Of a stretch of DNA of 64,000 nucleotides, positions 36,602 through 45,751 are shown in pieces; the first letter of the stretch is position 1, and each line of letters starts with the position of its first letter. The stretch lies in the sequence record LC765218.1. One strand, written 5' to 3'. Both the position numbers and the translations under genes were made by a program. The notes under the pieces were generated by a model that was given only the letters and a program-made list of their open reading frames with translations, searched no databases and was not told the DNA's origin.

Positions 36602-37381
36602 ATGGGTACTGTACTCAAACGTGGCGACCGCGGCTCTGCTGTGGAAGATCTACAAATGAAACTTCGAGTCGCAGGATACGCAGTTAGCGCTGACGGAATC
36701 TTCGGTGGAGATACAGAGAAAGCTGTTCGTGATTTCCAAGCTTCTAAAGCTTTGGTGGTTGACGGAAAAGTTGGACCTGCTACTCTAGCTGAACTAGCCA
36801 AATCCGCTACTGTTCCTGCTAAATGGGAAGCTATCCCTTTCCCAACAGCTAATAAATCTCGGTCGGCTGCAATGCCCACACTGAATGCGGTTGGAGCAAT
36901 GACTGGTACCGATCCTCGGTTACTCGCTACATTCGCTTCCATTGAGTCTGCTTTTGATTACACTGTCAAAGCATCCACATCTTCGGCTACTGGTTGGTTC
37001 CAGTTCCTTGATGCTACATGGGATGACATGATCAAAGCACATGGTTCCAAATACGGGCTACCTAAAGATCCCACTAGGGCACTCCGTAAAGACCCACGTG
37101 CAAATGCATTAATGGGTGCAGAATTCCTTAAAGGAAATGCAGCTGTATTACGTCCAGTAATCAATCGCGAACCGAGTGATACAGACTTGTATTTGGCACA
37201 TTTCCTTGGTGCTGGCGGCGCTAAGAAATTCCTATCCGCAGATCAGAAAACTCTCGGTGAAGTTCTATTCCCGAAACCTGCTAAAGCAAACCCGTCGATC
37301 TTTAGCAATAAAGGTGTACCACGTACCCTTGCAGAGATCTACAAGCTGTTCGAAGATAAAGTTTCGAAACATCGGGCATAG
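36602..37381 (+). CDS. Modular endolysin: peptidoglycan-binding domain plus lytic transglycosylase (phiKZ gp144-like)
   Basis: LKRGDRG...DGIFG...DGKVGPAT PG-binding repeats; FASIESAF catalytic Glu, SATGWFQFL and YLAHFLG motifs as in gp144. Confidence 0.95.
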   Translation: MGTVLKRGDRGSAVEDLQMKLRVAGYAVSADGIFGGDTEKAVRDFQASKALVVDGKVGPATLAELAKSATVPAKWEAIPFPTANKSRSAAMPTLNAVGAMTGTDPRLLATFASIESAFDYTVKASTSSATGWFQFLDATWDDMIKAHGSKYGLPKDPTRALRKDPRANALMGAEFLKGNAAVLRPVINREPSDTDLYLAHFLGAGGAKKFLSADQKTLGEVLFPKPAKANPSIFSNKGVPRTLAEIYKLFEDKVSKHRA

Positions 37382-37512
37382 CGTCCACCTGTTCTTTTAA
37401 CGGTGGTAACACTTAGAAAAGGATTTTGTTAACCTGATACTTCCCCAGGTTTGAAGGTGGTATTATCAGGTTAAAAGAATATGTGCAACGCAGCCAATCC
37501 TGAAGGACATCT

Positions 37513-38532
37513 ATGATGGCTGAAGAAAAGAAAAAGGTTTCTGAACTCGATTTTCTGTCTGGTCTAACCGGACAGGAATTCGTAGAGGTTGTTGCTCGCG
37601 ATACAGAAGGTTCTTATAAGAACTATCGTGTACTCGCAGATAAATTACGTGTAGGCGCTTCTGCTTTTGATGGCGCTGTCAAAGCTGGTTTTGTCGGTAC
37701 TGAAGAAGAATGGTTAGAAACACTCGTTGGAAAATCTGCGTATCAAATCGCAGTTGATCAGGGTTATGAAGGCACTGAAGAACAATGGGTTTCTGCAACC
37801 AATCCTCTATTTGAGATCCTTCCAGAAAATGCTGGTATGGTACTCACTGTAAATGAACTAGGTCTTCCAGAGTGGAAAGTAATTGACCTTTCGTTTGCAA
37901 ACTTAGATAAGGTCGATAATACAGCAGATGCTGATAAACCTATTTCTCGTCAGCAGAAGAAAGAACTTGATCGAAAGCTTTACATCAAAGATGCACCGAG
38001 TGCGGTTATGTCCACTCTACAACAAATCGGTGTAGTTGTTTCTGAAGATGGTAAAGAAGTATCGTTCGATGAAGGGCGTGCCACAGAAGTCAGTGAACTG
38101 CTTCTACAACATCGTCGCGGCTCTGCTCTAGAAGCGGCAGCTTGGACAGGCAAAGAAGGAACGTTCTTTGTAGATCTTGAGAATAAGAAGCTTTATGTTC
38201 ACGATGGCGTTACTGTCGGTGGTGCTCAGATCGGTGGTCTAACTGCCGCTGAAGTACAAGTCATCATCGATGCAGGTATTGCTATCGATAAAGTTACTGG
38301 ACTGGTTGATGCTCTTGCTAAGAAAGCAGATCTCGATGAGGACGGTAAACTGAAAATAGAACAGCTTCCTGAACTGGATATTCCGACTAAGGTTGATGAA
38401 GCTGCTGTCATTGCTGGTGAGGATGATACAGGCTTTGCTACTGCTAAAGGTATTCATGCACTTCTGGACGCCATTGGTTTTACCAAAGACGAGAATGGTT
38501 CTTGGAAACTCGATCCAGCCGTTGTGGCGTAA
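37513..38532 (+). CDS. Fibre-like structural protein (KVSEL N-terminus, KSAY repeats, Mtd_N-like segment)
   Basis: KKVSELDFLSGLTGQEFVEVV N-terminus; 2 KSAY-type repeats; LQHRRGS...GTFFVDLENKKLYVHDGVTVGG segment; TATG at 37480. Confidence 0.75.
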   Translation: MMAEEKKKVSELDFLSGLTGQEFVEVVARDTEGSYKNYRVLADKLRVGASAFDGAVKAGFVGTEEEWLETLVGKSAYQIAVDQGYEGTEEQWVSATNPLFEILPENAGMVLTVNELGLPEWKVIDLSFANLDKVDNTADADKPISRQQKKELDRKLYIKDAPSAVMSTLQQIGVVVSEDGKEVSFDEGRATEVSELLLQHRRGSALEAAAWTGKEGTFFVDLENKKLYVHDGVTVGGAQIGGLTAAEVQVIIDAGIAIDKVTGLVDALAKKADLDEDGKLKIEQLPELDIPTKVDEAAVIAGEDDTGFATAKGIHALLDAIGFTKDENGSWKLDPAVVA

Positions 38533-38572
38533 ATAAAATAGTCGCAACTCCAGATAGATGCTCTCCTGAAAA

Positions 38573-38610
38573 GGCATACTGGAGTCCCCTTTGGGACTCC
38601 TATATGTTGC
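38573..38610. terminator. CATA/TATG-arm hairpin element
   Basis: GGCATACT-GGAGTCCC-CTTT-GGGACTCC-TATATGTTGC. Confidence 0.75.
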
Positions 38611-38699
38611 TAAAATAATACACTACTCTATGAGTCTTATTTTCCTTTTAAGACGTGCACGAGTAGTTGCGAAGACTCTCTCCAACAAAGGAATACGTA

Positions 38700-41168
38700 A
38701 TGGCCATTAAATCCAGTCCGGGTATGATCTCCGGAATGCAGCCTCTTAACACCATCACAGGTGAAGAGTTTGTAGAAGTTATCCGTCTTGAGGCAGATGG
38801 TTCTTATAAGAACTTCCGTCTCATGGTTTCTAAAATCCGTAACAATGAAGGCCTATCGGCTTATGAAGTTGCGGTAAAGAATGGTTTCGTAGGCACTGAA
38901 ACTGAGTGGCTCGAAAGTCTAAAAGGTCAAGGTATTTATCAGCTGGCTCTTCAACAGGGCTTCGTAGGTACTGAAGACGAATTCCTCGCCTCTCTTAAAG
39001 GTGAAGACGGCGCAGATGGCGCTGTAGGTAAATCCATCTATGAAGTTGCCGTAGATAACGGCTTCACTGGCACTGAACAAGAATTCCTTGCAACTCTCGT
39101 CGGTAAGTCTGCCTATCAATCCGCTCTTGATACTGGTTTTACCGGTACCGAGGCCGAGTTCATCCAGTCCCTAAAAGGTGACAAAGGCGATGCCGGCGAG
39201 AAAGGTGATAAGGGCGATAAAGGCGACCAGGGTGATCAAGGTAAGTCCGCTTACGATCTAGCTGTCGAAGCTGGTTTCACTGGAACCGAAGCTGAGTACC
39301 TGGAATCTCTCCACGGTATCGACGGTACTAAAGGTGATGACGGTATCGATGGCGCTGACGGCAAATCTGCTTACGAGCTAGCCGTAGCAGCCGGTTTCGT
39401 TGGTACTGAAGAAGAATATCTCGAAAGCCTACACGGTGCTGATGGTAAGTCTGCTTATCAGATCGCTCGTGATAATGGTTTCGTTGGTACTGAAGAACAA
39501 TGGCTGGAAAGCCTAGAAGGCGCTAATGGTAAGTCCGCATACGAATCCGCTGTTGATGGTGGATACGTCGGTACTGAAGAAGAATTTAACCTGTCGCTTG
39601 CCGAACCGAAAGGTGTAAATGGTGGCGTATTCATCACTGATATCACTCCGGTTAATGCCGCTGATAACGTCGGTGAGAAGGTTAAGTCCGCGGATAGTTT
39701 CTCTCTGGTGCAATGTTCTTCGTCTACTCGTGACGTTAAAGTTAAAGTGGCTGCTATTACCGGTCATACTAACTATCGTCCTGTCGTTAAAGTTAACGGC
39801 GTAGATGTATCTCTCGTCGCTGGTGCAAATGCCCCGATGTGGACCGGTGAAGTAACTATTAATCTGCCTGAGCCGGTTGGTAGTGATCCCATTAAGGTCG
39901 AAGCTGTTCACGAAGATGGTGCTAAGGCATCTACTGATGTAATCATGGATACCGCGCCGGTTGTAACTGCGGCTACATTTACAGGTGAATATCCTGGTTC
40001 TCAAACCGAGCTGAAAGCAGGCGACACAATGTCGATCACTTTCACCACTGACCAAGATGTGGTAGGTTATGAGATTCGTGATGAAGGTGCATTCGTAGCA
40101 CGCAATGGTACACTGACCGCCGGTAAGACTCACAGTCTGACTGGTCTGGTTATTGCTGACCGTGGTAACACTGCTACTAACCAACCGTTCAGTATCCGCG
40201 TTAAGAAAGCCTCCGGTAGTTTCTCCGCGTGGTATAAGTCCGACGTAGCTGGTACTACTGAGAAAGTCAACGTTGTCAAGCTGAACAACCTGAAACCGAC
40301 GATTACATTCGGTGCTGTAACTTATCCGGCTGGTCAAACTGCCATTAAAGCTGGTGAAGATGCAACCGTTGCTAACACTGTAACTAACGCTACTAGCGCT
40401 ACTTACACCTCGGCTAATGGTCAGCTGACTGTAACTAACCCGACTCAGATTGAAGCAAACAAAACTGTTTCTTACCTGACTGGTAATTACAACGACCTGA
40501 CTAATAACCTGACAATCACTGCACAACGTGCTGCTAACGGTAGTTCGTCTACTGCATCGACAATCGTTAAGATTGCTAACGGTGCCCCTGAACTGACTGT
40601 TACCACTCCTGCCACTCGTCTGCGCTCCGGTGGTAATGCAGGTACTGTTGTACAGCGTCACACCATCACTATCACTTCGACTCAATCGCTGGCTGAAGCC
40701 CCTGTGATGACTGCTCCTGGCGGTAACTGGGATTCTGCTGGTTGGGTGGGTGATGCAGCTAAGAAAGTATGGACACGCACACTGCTCGTTCATGATGATG
40801 ATGCTAAAGGTATCTTCAACTTTACCGATGTTGTAGCCAAAGGTCTGGCTGGCGTTACAGTCAATACCCTTAAAGCTGGTGGCGAGTATACCCTTGGTGG
40901 CTTCGTTCTTCGTACCATGTCTATCGCTGCTTTCCCGAATCGTGAAGGTGCTATTGGTACAGATGTAGTTATGACTGGTAAACTTCGCTGCACTAACCTG
41001 TCTAAGGGTGCTAGCGGTTCTCTTAACTTCACCTATAAAGCTGACGATGCTGATGCTGTAAATACTTACACCATCAAGAATAGCAATAGTTGGTATAACT
41101 GCGACGCAGCTAACGCTGTATCTAACACATCCGGTCTGATGCGCGTCGAACTTGAGGAAGTTGTATAA
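38700..41168 (+). CDS. Fibre protein with KSAY repeats and Ig-like C-terminal domains (phiKZ gp145 position)
   Basis: ATG 38700 after AAGGA; N-terminus paralogous to CDS 37513; 8 GKSAYxxAVxxGFxGTExEWLESLxG repeats; Thr-rich beta-sandwich region. Confidence 0.8.
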   Translation: MAIKSSPGMISGMQPLNTITGEEFVEVIRLEADGSYKNFRLMVSKIRNNEGLSAYEVAVKNGFVGTETEWLESLKGQGIYQLALQQGFVGTEDEFLASLKGEDGADGAVGKSIYEVAVDNGFTGTEQEFLATLVGKSAYQSALDTGFTGTEAEFIQSLKGDKGDAGEKGDKGDKGDQGDQGKSAYDLAVEAGFTGTEAEYLESLHGIDGTKGDDGIDGADGKSAYELAVAAGFVGTEEEYLESLHGADGKSAYQIARDNGFVGTEEQWLESLEGANGKSAYESAVDGGYVGTEEEFNLSLAEPKGVNGGVFITDITPVNAADNVGEKVKSADSFSLVQCSSSTRDVKVKVAAITGHTNYRPVVKVNGVDVSLVAGANAPMWTGEVTINLPEPVGSDPIKVEAVHEDGAKASTDVIMDTAPVVTAATFTGEYPGSQTELKAGDTMSITFTTDQDVVGYEIRDEGAFVARNGTLTAGKTHSLTGLVIADRGNTATNQPFSIRVKKASGSFSAWYKSDVAGTTEKVNVVKLNNLKPTITFGAVTYPAGQTAIKAGEDATVANTVTNATSATYTSANGQLTVTNPTQIEANKTVSYLTGNYNDLTNNLTITAQRAANGSSSTASTIVKIANGAPELTVTTPATRLRSGGNAGTVVQRHTITITSTQSLAEAPVMTAPGGNWDSAGWVGDAAKKVWTRTLLVHDDDAKGIFNFTDVVAKGLAGVTVNTLKAGGEYTLGGFVLRTMSIAAFPNREGAIGTDVVMTGKLRCTNLSKGASGSLNFTYKADDADAVNTYTIKNSNSWYNCDAANAVSNTSGLMRVELEEVV
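38850..39600 (+). repeat. Eight tandem KSAY repeats of about 25 aa with short collagen-like spacers
   Basis: Directly visible in the translation; boundaries approximate. Confidence 0.9.
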
Positions 41169-44100
41169 TGGCTGGTGAATCCGCATTTGAAGTTTTCGTT
41201 AACGGTGAGTTACCAAAACGTATCTCCACCGAAGACAATCCTCTTGAGGTAGTTGCAGGCAAGATCCCGGTTTCGACCGGGGCTGGCCTGGCTACAACTT
41301 TCAAAGACCCGACCGAAATCGAGGGAATGAAAGGTGAGGATGGCGCGGATGGTAAATCCGCTTATCAGCTGGCACTCGATGCTGGCTTTATTGGTACTGA
41401 AGCCGAGTGGCTCGAATCGCTGAAAGGCGAAGACGGCGCTAAAGGTGATACTGGTCTGCAAGGTAATCCTGGTGAACCGGGTCCCGTTACCAATATCAAA
41501 GGTACCGTAACTCTTGACGATTTCGAAACCAACATTGCTCCCATCGATAGTTGGGAATTTGGTGATGCTTGGTTCGTTCGTTCTTCCACTGCTACTGTAC
41601 TGAAAGTATGGTCTGCCCCAGAAACCGGTTCGCCGGATGCTGGCCAGTGGATCGACTCCGGTGACATGCGTGGTCCGGAAGGTACTGGTCTTGTTATTCG
41701 TGGTCAATGGCCTGATAACCAAGAACTTCCGCCCTTGGCTGCCAAAGGCGATACCTACGGTTGGAAAAATGCTCTTTACACTTTCATGCTTGTAGCTGGT
41801 GAAGAAGATATCTTCCCTGACAACTATGCATACATCCAGATCGTGCCGATGGGTCCTGAGGGTCCTAAAGGTGATACTGGTGCCAAAGGTGATAAAGGCG
41901 ACCGTGGTCTGAAAGGTGACACTGGTGCACCTGGTAAGGACGCTACTCCGTTCACTATTAAAGCTGACTTAGCTTCCGAAGATGATCTGCCTCTGGCTGG
42001 CGATGCCAAGCCTGAAGAAGCATATTCGGTTATGGTTGACGATGTACGCCATCTATTCGTCTTCTCCGTCGATGAAAACCGCTGGATGGATCTCGGTACT
42101 TGGCAGGGCCCGAAAGGTGAACCTGGTCAAGACGGTATCATCGGTGGCGACGGCCCGAAAGGGGACAAAGGCGATAAGGGTGATAAAGGCGATCCTGGTC
42201 AAGATGGTATCGATGGTCAAGACGGTGCTCCTGGTGAAAACCTGGAAATCCTCGGTACGTATCCGACCATGGCAGATCTTCTGGCCGCAGGTGCTACTCT
42301 TGTCATCAAGAAAGCTTACGCTGTTCGCGATGTTAACACCCTCTTCTACGTAGCTACTACTCCTGTTACCTCTGAAGGCGACCTGATTAACCTAGGTCAA
42401 TTCAAAGGTGAGAAGGGCGACAAAGGGGATAAAGGTGACAAAGGGGATACCGGTGCAAAAGGTGATAAGGGTGACACCGGTGACGGTGGTAAGAACCTGG
42501 TTGTCTCCGGTGTTCTTCCTGACCTTGCTGCCATTCAAGCCGTACCTGATCCGCAAGAACAGGAAGCTTGGGTAGCTGCCGATAACCGCCACCTCTACAT
42601 GTTCATTGATGGAACATGGGTTGACCTTGGTACTCATACTGGCGCCAAAGGCGATAAAGGGGACAAGGGCGATAAGGGTGATACTGGCGCCAAGGGTGAC
42701 ACTGGTGATAAAGGCGACAAAGGTGATCAGGGTGAAAACTTTGAAATCATCGCTGTTGTTGACACTGTAGGTGAAGTTCCTCCGGCCACTGCCGACAACA
42801 AAGGTAAAGCCGTTGTTGTTAAAGGCGGCGATGTTTATGTAAACATTAGTGGTACTCAGTTCGTATCTGTTGGTCCCATTGGCCAGAAAGGTGATCAGGG
42901 TGATCGTGGCGCCTCGATGCGCATCGTTGGTGAAGTAGGTTCTGTTGAAGCTCTACCTGAACTGGTAGCCGGTGAAACTGATCCCGCTGATGGCGAGGCG
43001 TACATTGTTACCGTTATCCAGGGTGATGACACCATTAAGGTAATCTACGTAGCTAACCGCTCTACGAATACCTACGATGGTCCGTTCAATATCCAGGGTC
43101 CGCAAGGTAACGATGGTCCGCAGGGTGAAGTAGGTCCTCGCGGTGAAATCGGCCAAGGTATCAAAATTGTTGGCGACTATCCGTCTGAAGCTGCTCTTAC
43201 AGCTGCTCATCCGACTAGTGCTATTGGTGATGCATATTCGGTTGGTCCTGAAAACAGTAAAGAACTGTTTGTTTGGGCTGTCGATGGTGCTGATGATACT
43301 GAGAAGTATCTGAACCTGGGTAGCTTCACCGTTGGCGCCAAAGGCGAAAAAGGTGATAAGGGTGACCAAGGTATTGTTGGTCCTCGCGGTATTCAAGGTG
43401 CAAAAGGTGATAAAGGTTCTCGTTGGGTAATTCTACCGAACGGTGTCGATATCCCGAATAACACTATTGGTACTCAAGATGACTGGTGCCTTGATAAGTC
43501 TGGTAAAGTTTGGTATCGTGACGCAACTGGCTGGAAAGAATTCATCCAACTTCTGGATGTTCCTGTAGCCGAAGTAGAAACTGCCGATCAGAACAAGAAG
43601 ATGGTTCGCTATCAACTTGGCTGGGCACCTCTACTGGTCGATGAAGTGGAAACCCCTGAAGAAGGTGAACAGTATATCCGTAAGGGTAAAGCTGATGGCA
43701 CCACCGAATGGGCTCCGCTTGAAGTAGATGCTGTACCAGACGTTCCTACTCCCAACATTGCTCTTGCAATGGTTCGTAAGGACGGTGAGTGGAAACAAGG
43801 TGCACCTATTGTCATTGCCAACGATGTTGATAAGCATTACGTTCTGAAGGGTAAGGCTAGCTGGGTCGAAACCGATGTCTTTAAAGACGCGGCTAGCGAT
43901 GGTAAGTCTTACGCTCGTAAGGATGGTGCTTGGGCTGCGGTAGTACCTGAAACTACCAATGATGATAAACTGTACGCTCGTAAAACTACTGTTGCTGGCG
44001 TGTCCAGCTGGGTAGAGGTACCGGCTGCAATTATCGCATCGGATGCTCCGGATGCCAAGAACTACACTCGTTCTAACGGTGAGTGGAAAGAACTGGTAAC

Positions 44101-44491
44101 CATTCCGGAACCAGGTATCGATGCTACTAAAGTTTGGGGTCGTCAGACAACTGCTGCTGGTACATCGGCGTGGGTAGAGATCAAGAAAGAATTTGATACC
44201 TACTCCCTGCTATCTGGTGCTGCTCCTGCTGGTAACTTCACCATCACTCCGGCTAACCAACAGTGCTATACTGTTCCATCTACTGCTGCTCGTACTATCA
44301 CTCTAGGTGATGGTCCGTCTGGCCGAATGATTACAGCTGTACTGGTTCTAACTGGTACGGTCATTCCGACCTTCAGCGGTAACTTCAAATGGAATGATAA
44401 CACGGCTCCTGAAGCTGCTGCAACCAAGACTGTCATCACCCTTCTGTGGGATGGTAGTGAATGGCTCGGCGCTAAAGGTGCTGGCTACTAA
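41168..44491 (+). CDS. Collagen-like fibre protein (phiKZ gp146 position)
   Basis: 1107 aa; many G-X-Y tracts (GDKGDKGD...) alternating with small globular repeats; foldon-like array; C-terminal domain; TAATG coupling. Confidence 0.88.
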   Translation: MAGESAFEVFVNGELPKRISTEDNPLEVVAGKIPVSTGAGLATTFKDPTEIEGMKGEDGADGKSAYQLALDAGFIGTEAEWLESLKGEDGAKGDTGLQGNPGEPGPVTNIKGTVTLDDFETNIAPIDSWEFGDAWFVRSSTATVLKVWSAPETGSPDAGQWIDSGDMRGPEGTGLVIRGQWPDNQELPPLAAKGDTYGWKNALYTFMLVAGEEDIFPDNYAYIQIVPMGPEGPKGDTGAKGDKGDRGLKGDTGAPGKDATPFTIKADLASEDDLPLAGDAKPEEAYSVMVDDVRHLFVFSVDENRWMDLGTWQGPKGEPGQDGIIGGDGPKGDKGDKGDKGDPGQDGIDGQDGAPGENLEILGTYPTMADLLAAGATLVIKKAYAVRDVNTLFYVATTPVTSEGDLINLGQFKGEKGDKGDKGDKGDTGAKGDKGDTGDGGKNLVVSGVLPDLAAIQAVPDPQEQEAWVAADNRHLYMFIDGTWVDLGTHTGAKGDKGDKGDKGDTGAKGDTGDKGDKGDQGENFEIIAVVDTVGEVPPATADNKGKAVVVKGGDVYVNISGTQFVSVGPIGQKGDQGDRGASMRIVGEVGSVEALPELVAGETDPADGEAYIVTVIQGDDTIKVIYVANRSTNTYDGPFNIQGPQGNDGPQGEVGPRGEIGQGIKIVGDYPSEAALTAAHPTSAIGDAYSVGPENSKELFVWAVDGADDTEKYLNLGSFTVGAKGEKGDKGDQGIVGPRGIQGAKGDKGSRWVILPNGVDIPNNTIGTQDDWCLDKSGKVWYRDATGWKEFIQLLDVPVAEVETADQNKKMVRYQLGWAPLLVDEVETPEEGEQYIRKGKADGTTEWAPLEVDAVPDVPTPNIALAMVRKDGEWKQGAPIVIANDVDKHYVLKGKASWVETDVFKDAASDGKSYARKDGAWAAVVPETTNDDKLYARKTTVAGVSSWVEVPAAIIASDAPDAKNYTRSNGEWKELVTIPEPGIDATKVWGRQTTAAGTSAWVEIKKEFDTYSLLSGAAPAGNFTITPANQQCYTVPSTAARTITLGDGPSGRMITAVLVLTGTVIPTFSGNFKWNDNTAPEAAATKTVITLLWDGSEWLGAKGAGY
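43562..44190 (+). repeat. About eight tandem T4-fibritin-foldon-like repeats
   Basis: For example DAASDGKSYARKDGAW and DAPDAKNYTRSNGEW versus the T4 foldon [16 protein letters not shown]. Confidence 0.75.
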
Positions 44492-44497
44492 TAATAG

Positions 44498-44538
44498 CGG
44501 CATAAAGCCCAGGGTTAACCCTGGGCTTTTATGTCGTC
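44498..44538. terminator. Bidirectional CATA/TATG-arm hairpin; the minus-strand stop codon lies in the loop
   Basis: CGGCATAAA-GCCCAGGG-TTAA-CCCTGGGC-TTTTATGTCGTC. Confidence 0.85.
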
Positions 44539-45276
44539 TTTATCAACTTCGATACCGTTATCTCCAGGACGAATCATGGAGAAATATTTAGCATCTATAA
44601 ATTCAAAGTCCATGTGAATCAGCCGCTCGACCCTGAACTTAAATAGTTCAAACTTCTTCTCCTCGATAGTGAGTTTACTAACGTCACGTTCGAAGAGTTT
44701 AGGTCCAATAAAATTGAAGCATGGCATTTGAACTTTAGACAAAGCAAGATAATGAGTGTGCATCCATTCATGGAAATCGTAAGTGATATACATCGCATAG
44801 AGAGCATCCAAGAATTTAGGTGTGAGCTCTTCTAATGGATGACTAACTACTTCCACGGGCATTTCTTCGCCGTATATTTCTTGGATGATATTTTCAAGGT
44901 CATCGATAACTTCACCAGGTAACGTGTAAGGCCAGATGTTGATCGTAAGACCAATCTCGTCTTCAGGATTACCCATGTTATCCATTCTGTTTACATGATC
45001 TTCCGCGAGAATTCGCATCAAGAACGGACTGATACCTGTTAGGATAGAAGCGTTGATAGTATCAGCGGAATTATCTCCGCCTCTATTAGCATACGCTTCT
45101 TTGAATTGCTCCGTTGTAACAAGACCACCTGTTAGAGTGGTCCAGTCATCATTTTCACGAAGCCAATATTCCTTAGTGGAAACCAACCGTTCTGCTGCCT
45201 CCTTGTTAATTGTAGACATGACTCCAAGACGGGTGTCAAGTAATACATCAAGAGGTATCAGAATACGTTTGATCAT
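44515..45276 (-). CDS. Hypothetical protein (253 aa; HAD-like N-terminal signature)
   Basis: RILIPLDVLLDTRLG N-terminus; in the conserved operon with the vRNAP fragment. Confidence 0.8.
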   Translation of the reverse strand: MIKRILIPLDVLLDTRLGVMSTINKEAAERLVSTKEYWLRENDDWTTLTGGLVTTEQFKEAYANRGGDNSADTINASILTGISPFLMRILAEDHVNRMDNMGNPEDEIGLTINIWPYTLPGEVIDDLENIIQEIYGEEMPVEVVSHPLEELTPKFLDALYAMYITYDFHEWMHTHYLALSKVQMPCFNFIGPKLFERDVSKLTIEEKKFELFKFRVERLIHMDFEFIDAKYFSMIRPGDNGIEVDKDDIKAQG

Positions 45277-45749
45277 TTCATTTTCGCCTGTGCAATAATG
45301 TTATTTACATGGCGAAGTTGCGTAGATGCATATACAAGGAAGAACAACCAGTGATTTTGCTGTAGCGTACCATAGAGTTCATCTACATTAGCTGCTTTAC
45401 CCAGTAACTCCCTATCGACCATTGCTGAATCAGGTGTGAATGGAACCAAGCGTCTAGTGAGATACTCAATTGCTACATCAATGTTTTCAATTTCTAAAGT
45501 GAATGTAGTGGTGGTAGACAGAAGAGCACCCAATACATCCTGCTTAGAACGGATACCTGACCAAATCTGATTAATGATAACTCTATCATTAAAACTAGAA
45601 ATCATCATATTGTTTCTAAGTTCGTTAATATGCTCTAGAATTTGAGCAATAACGAGATCATCATCAACAGATACCAATTCACTAATTGCAACACCTAATG
45701 CATTCTGCAATACTTCGCTAATACCTTCTTCCGCATTCTTAATAGCCAT
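45273..45749 (-). CDS. Hypothetical protein (158 aa)
   Basis: Coupled ORF in the minus-strand operon. Confidence 0.8.
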   Translation of the reverse strand: MAIKNAEEGISEVLQNALGVAISELVSVDDDLVIAQILEHINELRNNMMISSFNDRVIINQIWSGIRSKQDVLGALLSTTTTFTLEIENIDVAIEYLTRRLVPFTPDSAMVDRELLGKAANVDELYGTLQQNHWLFFLVYASTQLRHVNNIIAQAKMK

Positions 45750-45751
45750 GA

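Noticed and set aside
37382-37430. Readthrough extensions after other genes (endolysin TAG; gp119-like TGA at 7417)
   Set aside because: Only 12-16 codons to the next stop, with no motif or similarity to other proteins, unlike the capsid case
37429-37474. 11-bp inverted repeat TTAACCTGATA/TATCAGGTTAA after the endolysin
   Set aside because: Most simply a terminator or stabilising stem ahead of the next TATG promoter; no second copy to suggest an operator or recombination site
38850-43400. Tandem DNA repeats resembling a CRISPR array, VNTR or DGR template
   Set aside because: Repeats are in-frame protein repeats (KSAY, G-X-Y) with synonymous variation; no spacers, reverse transcriptase or adenine-specific variation
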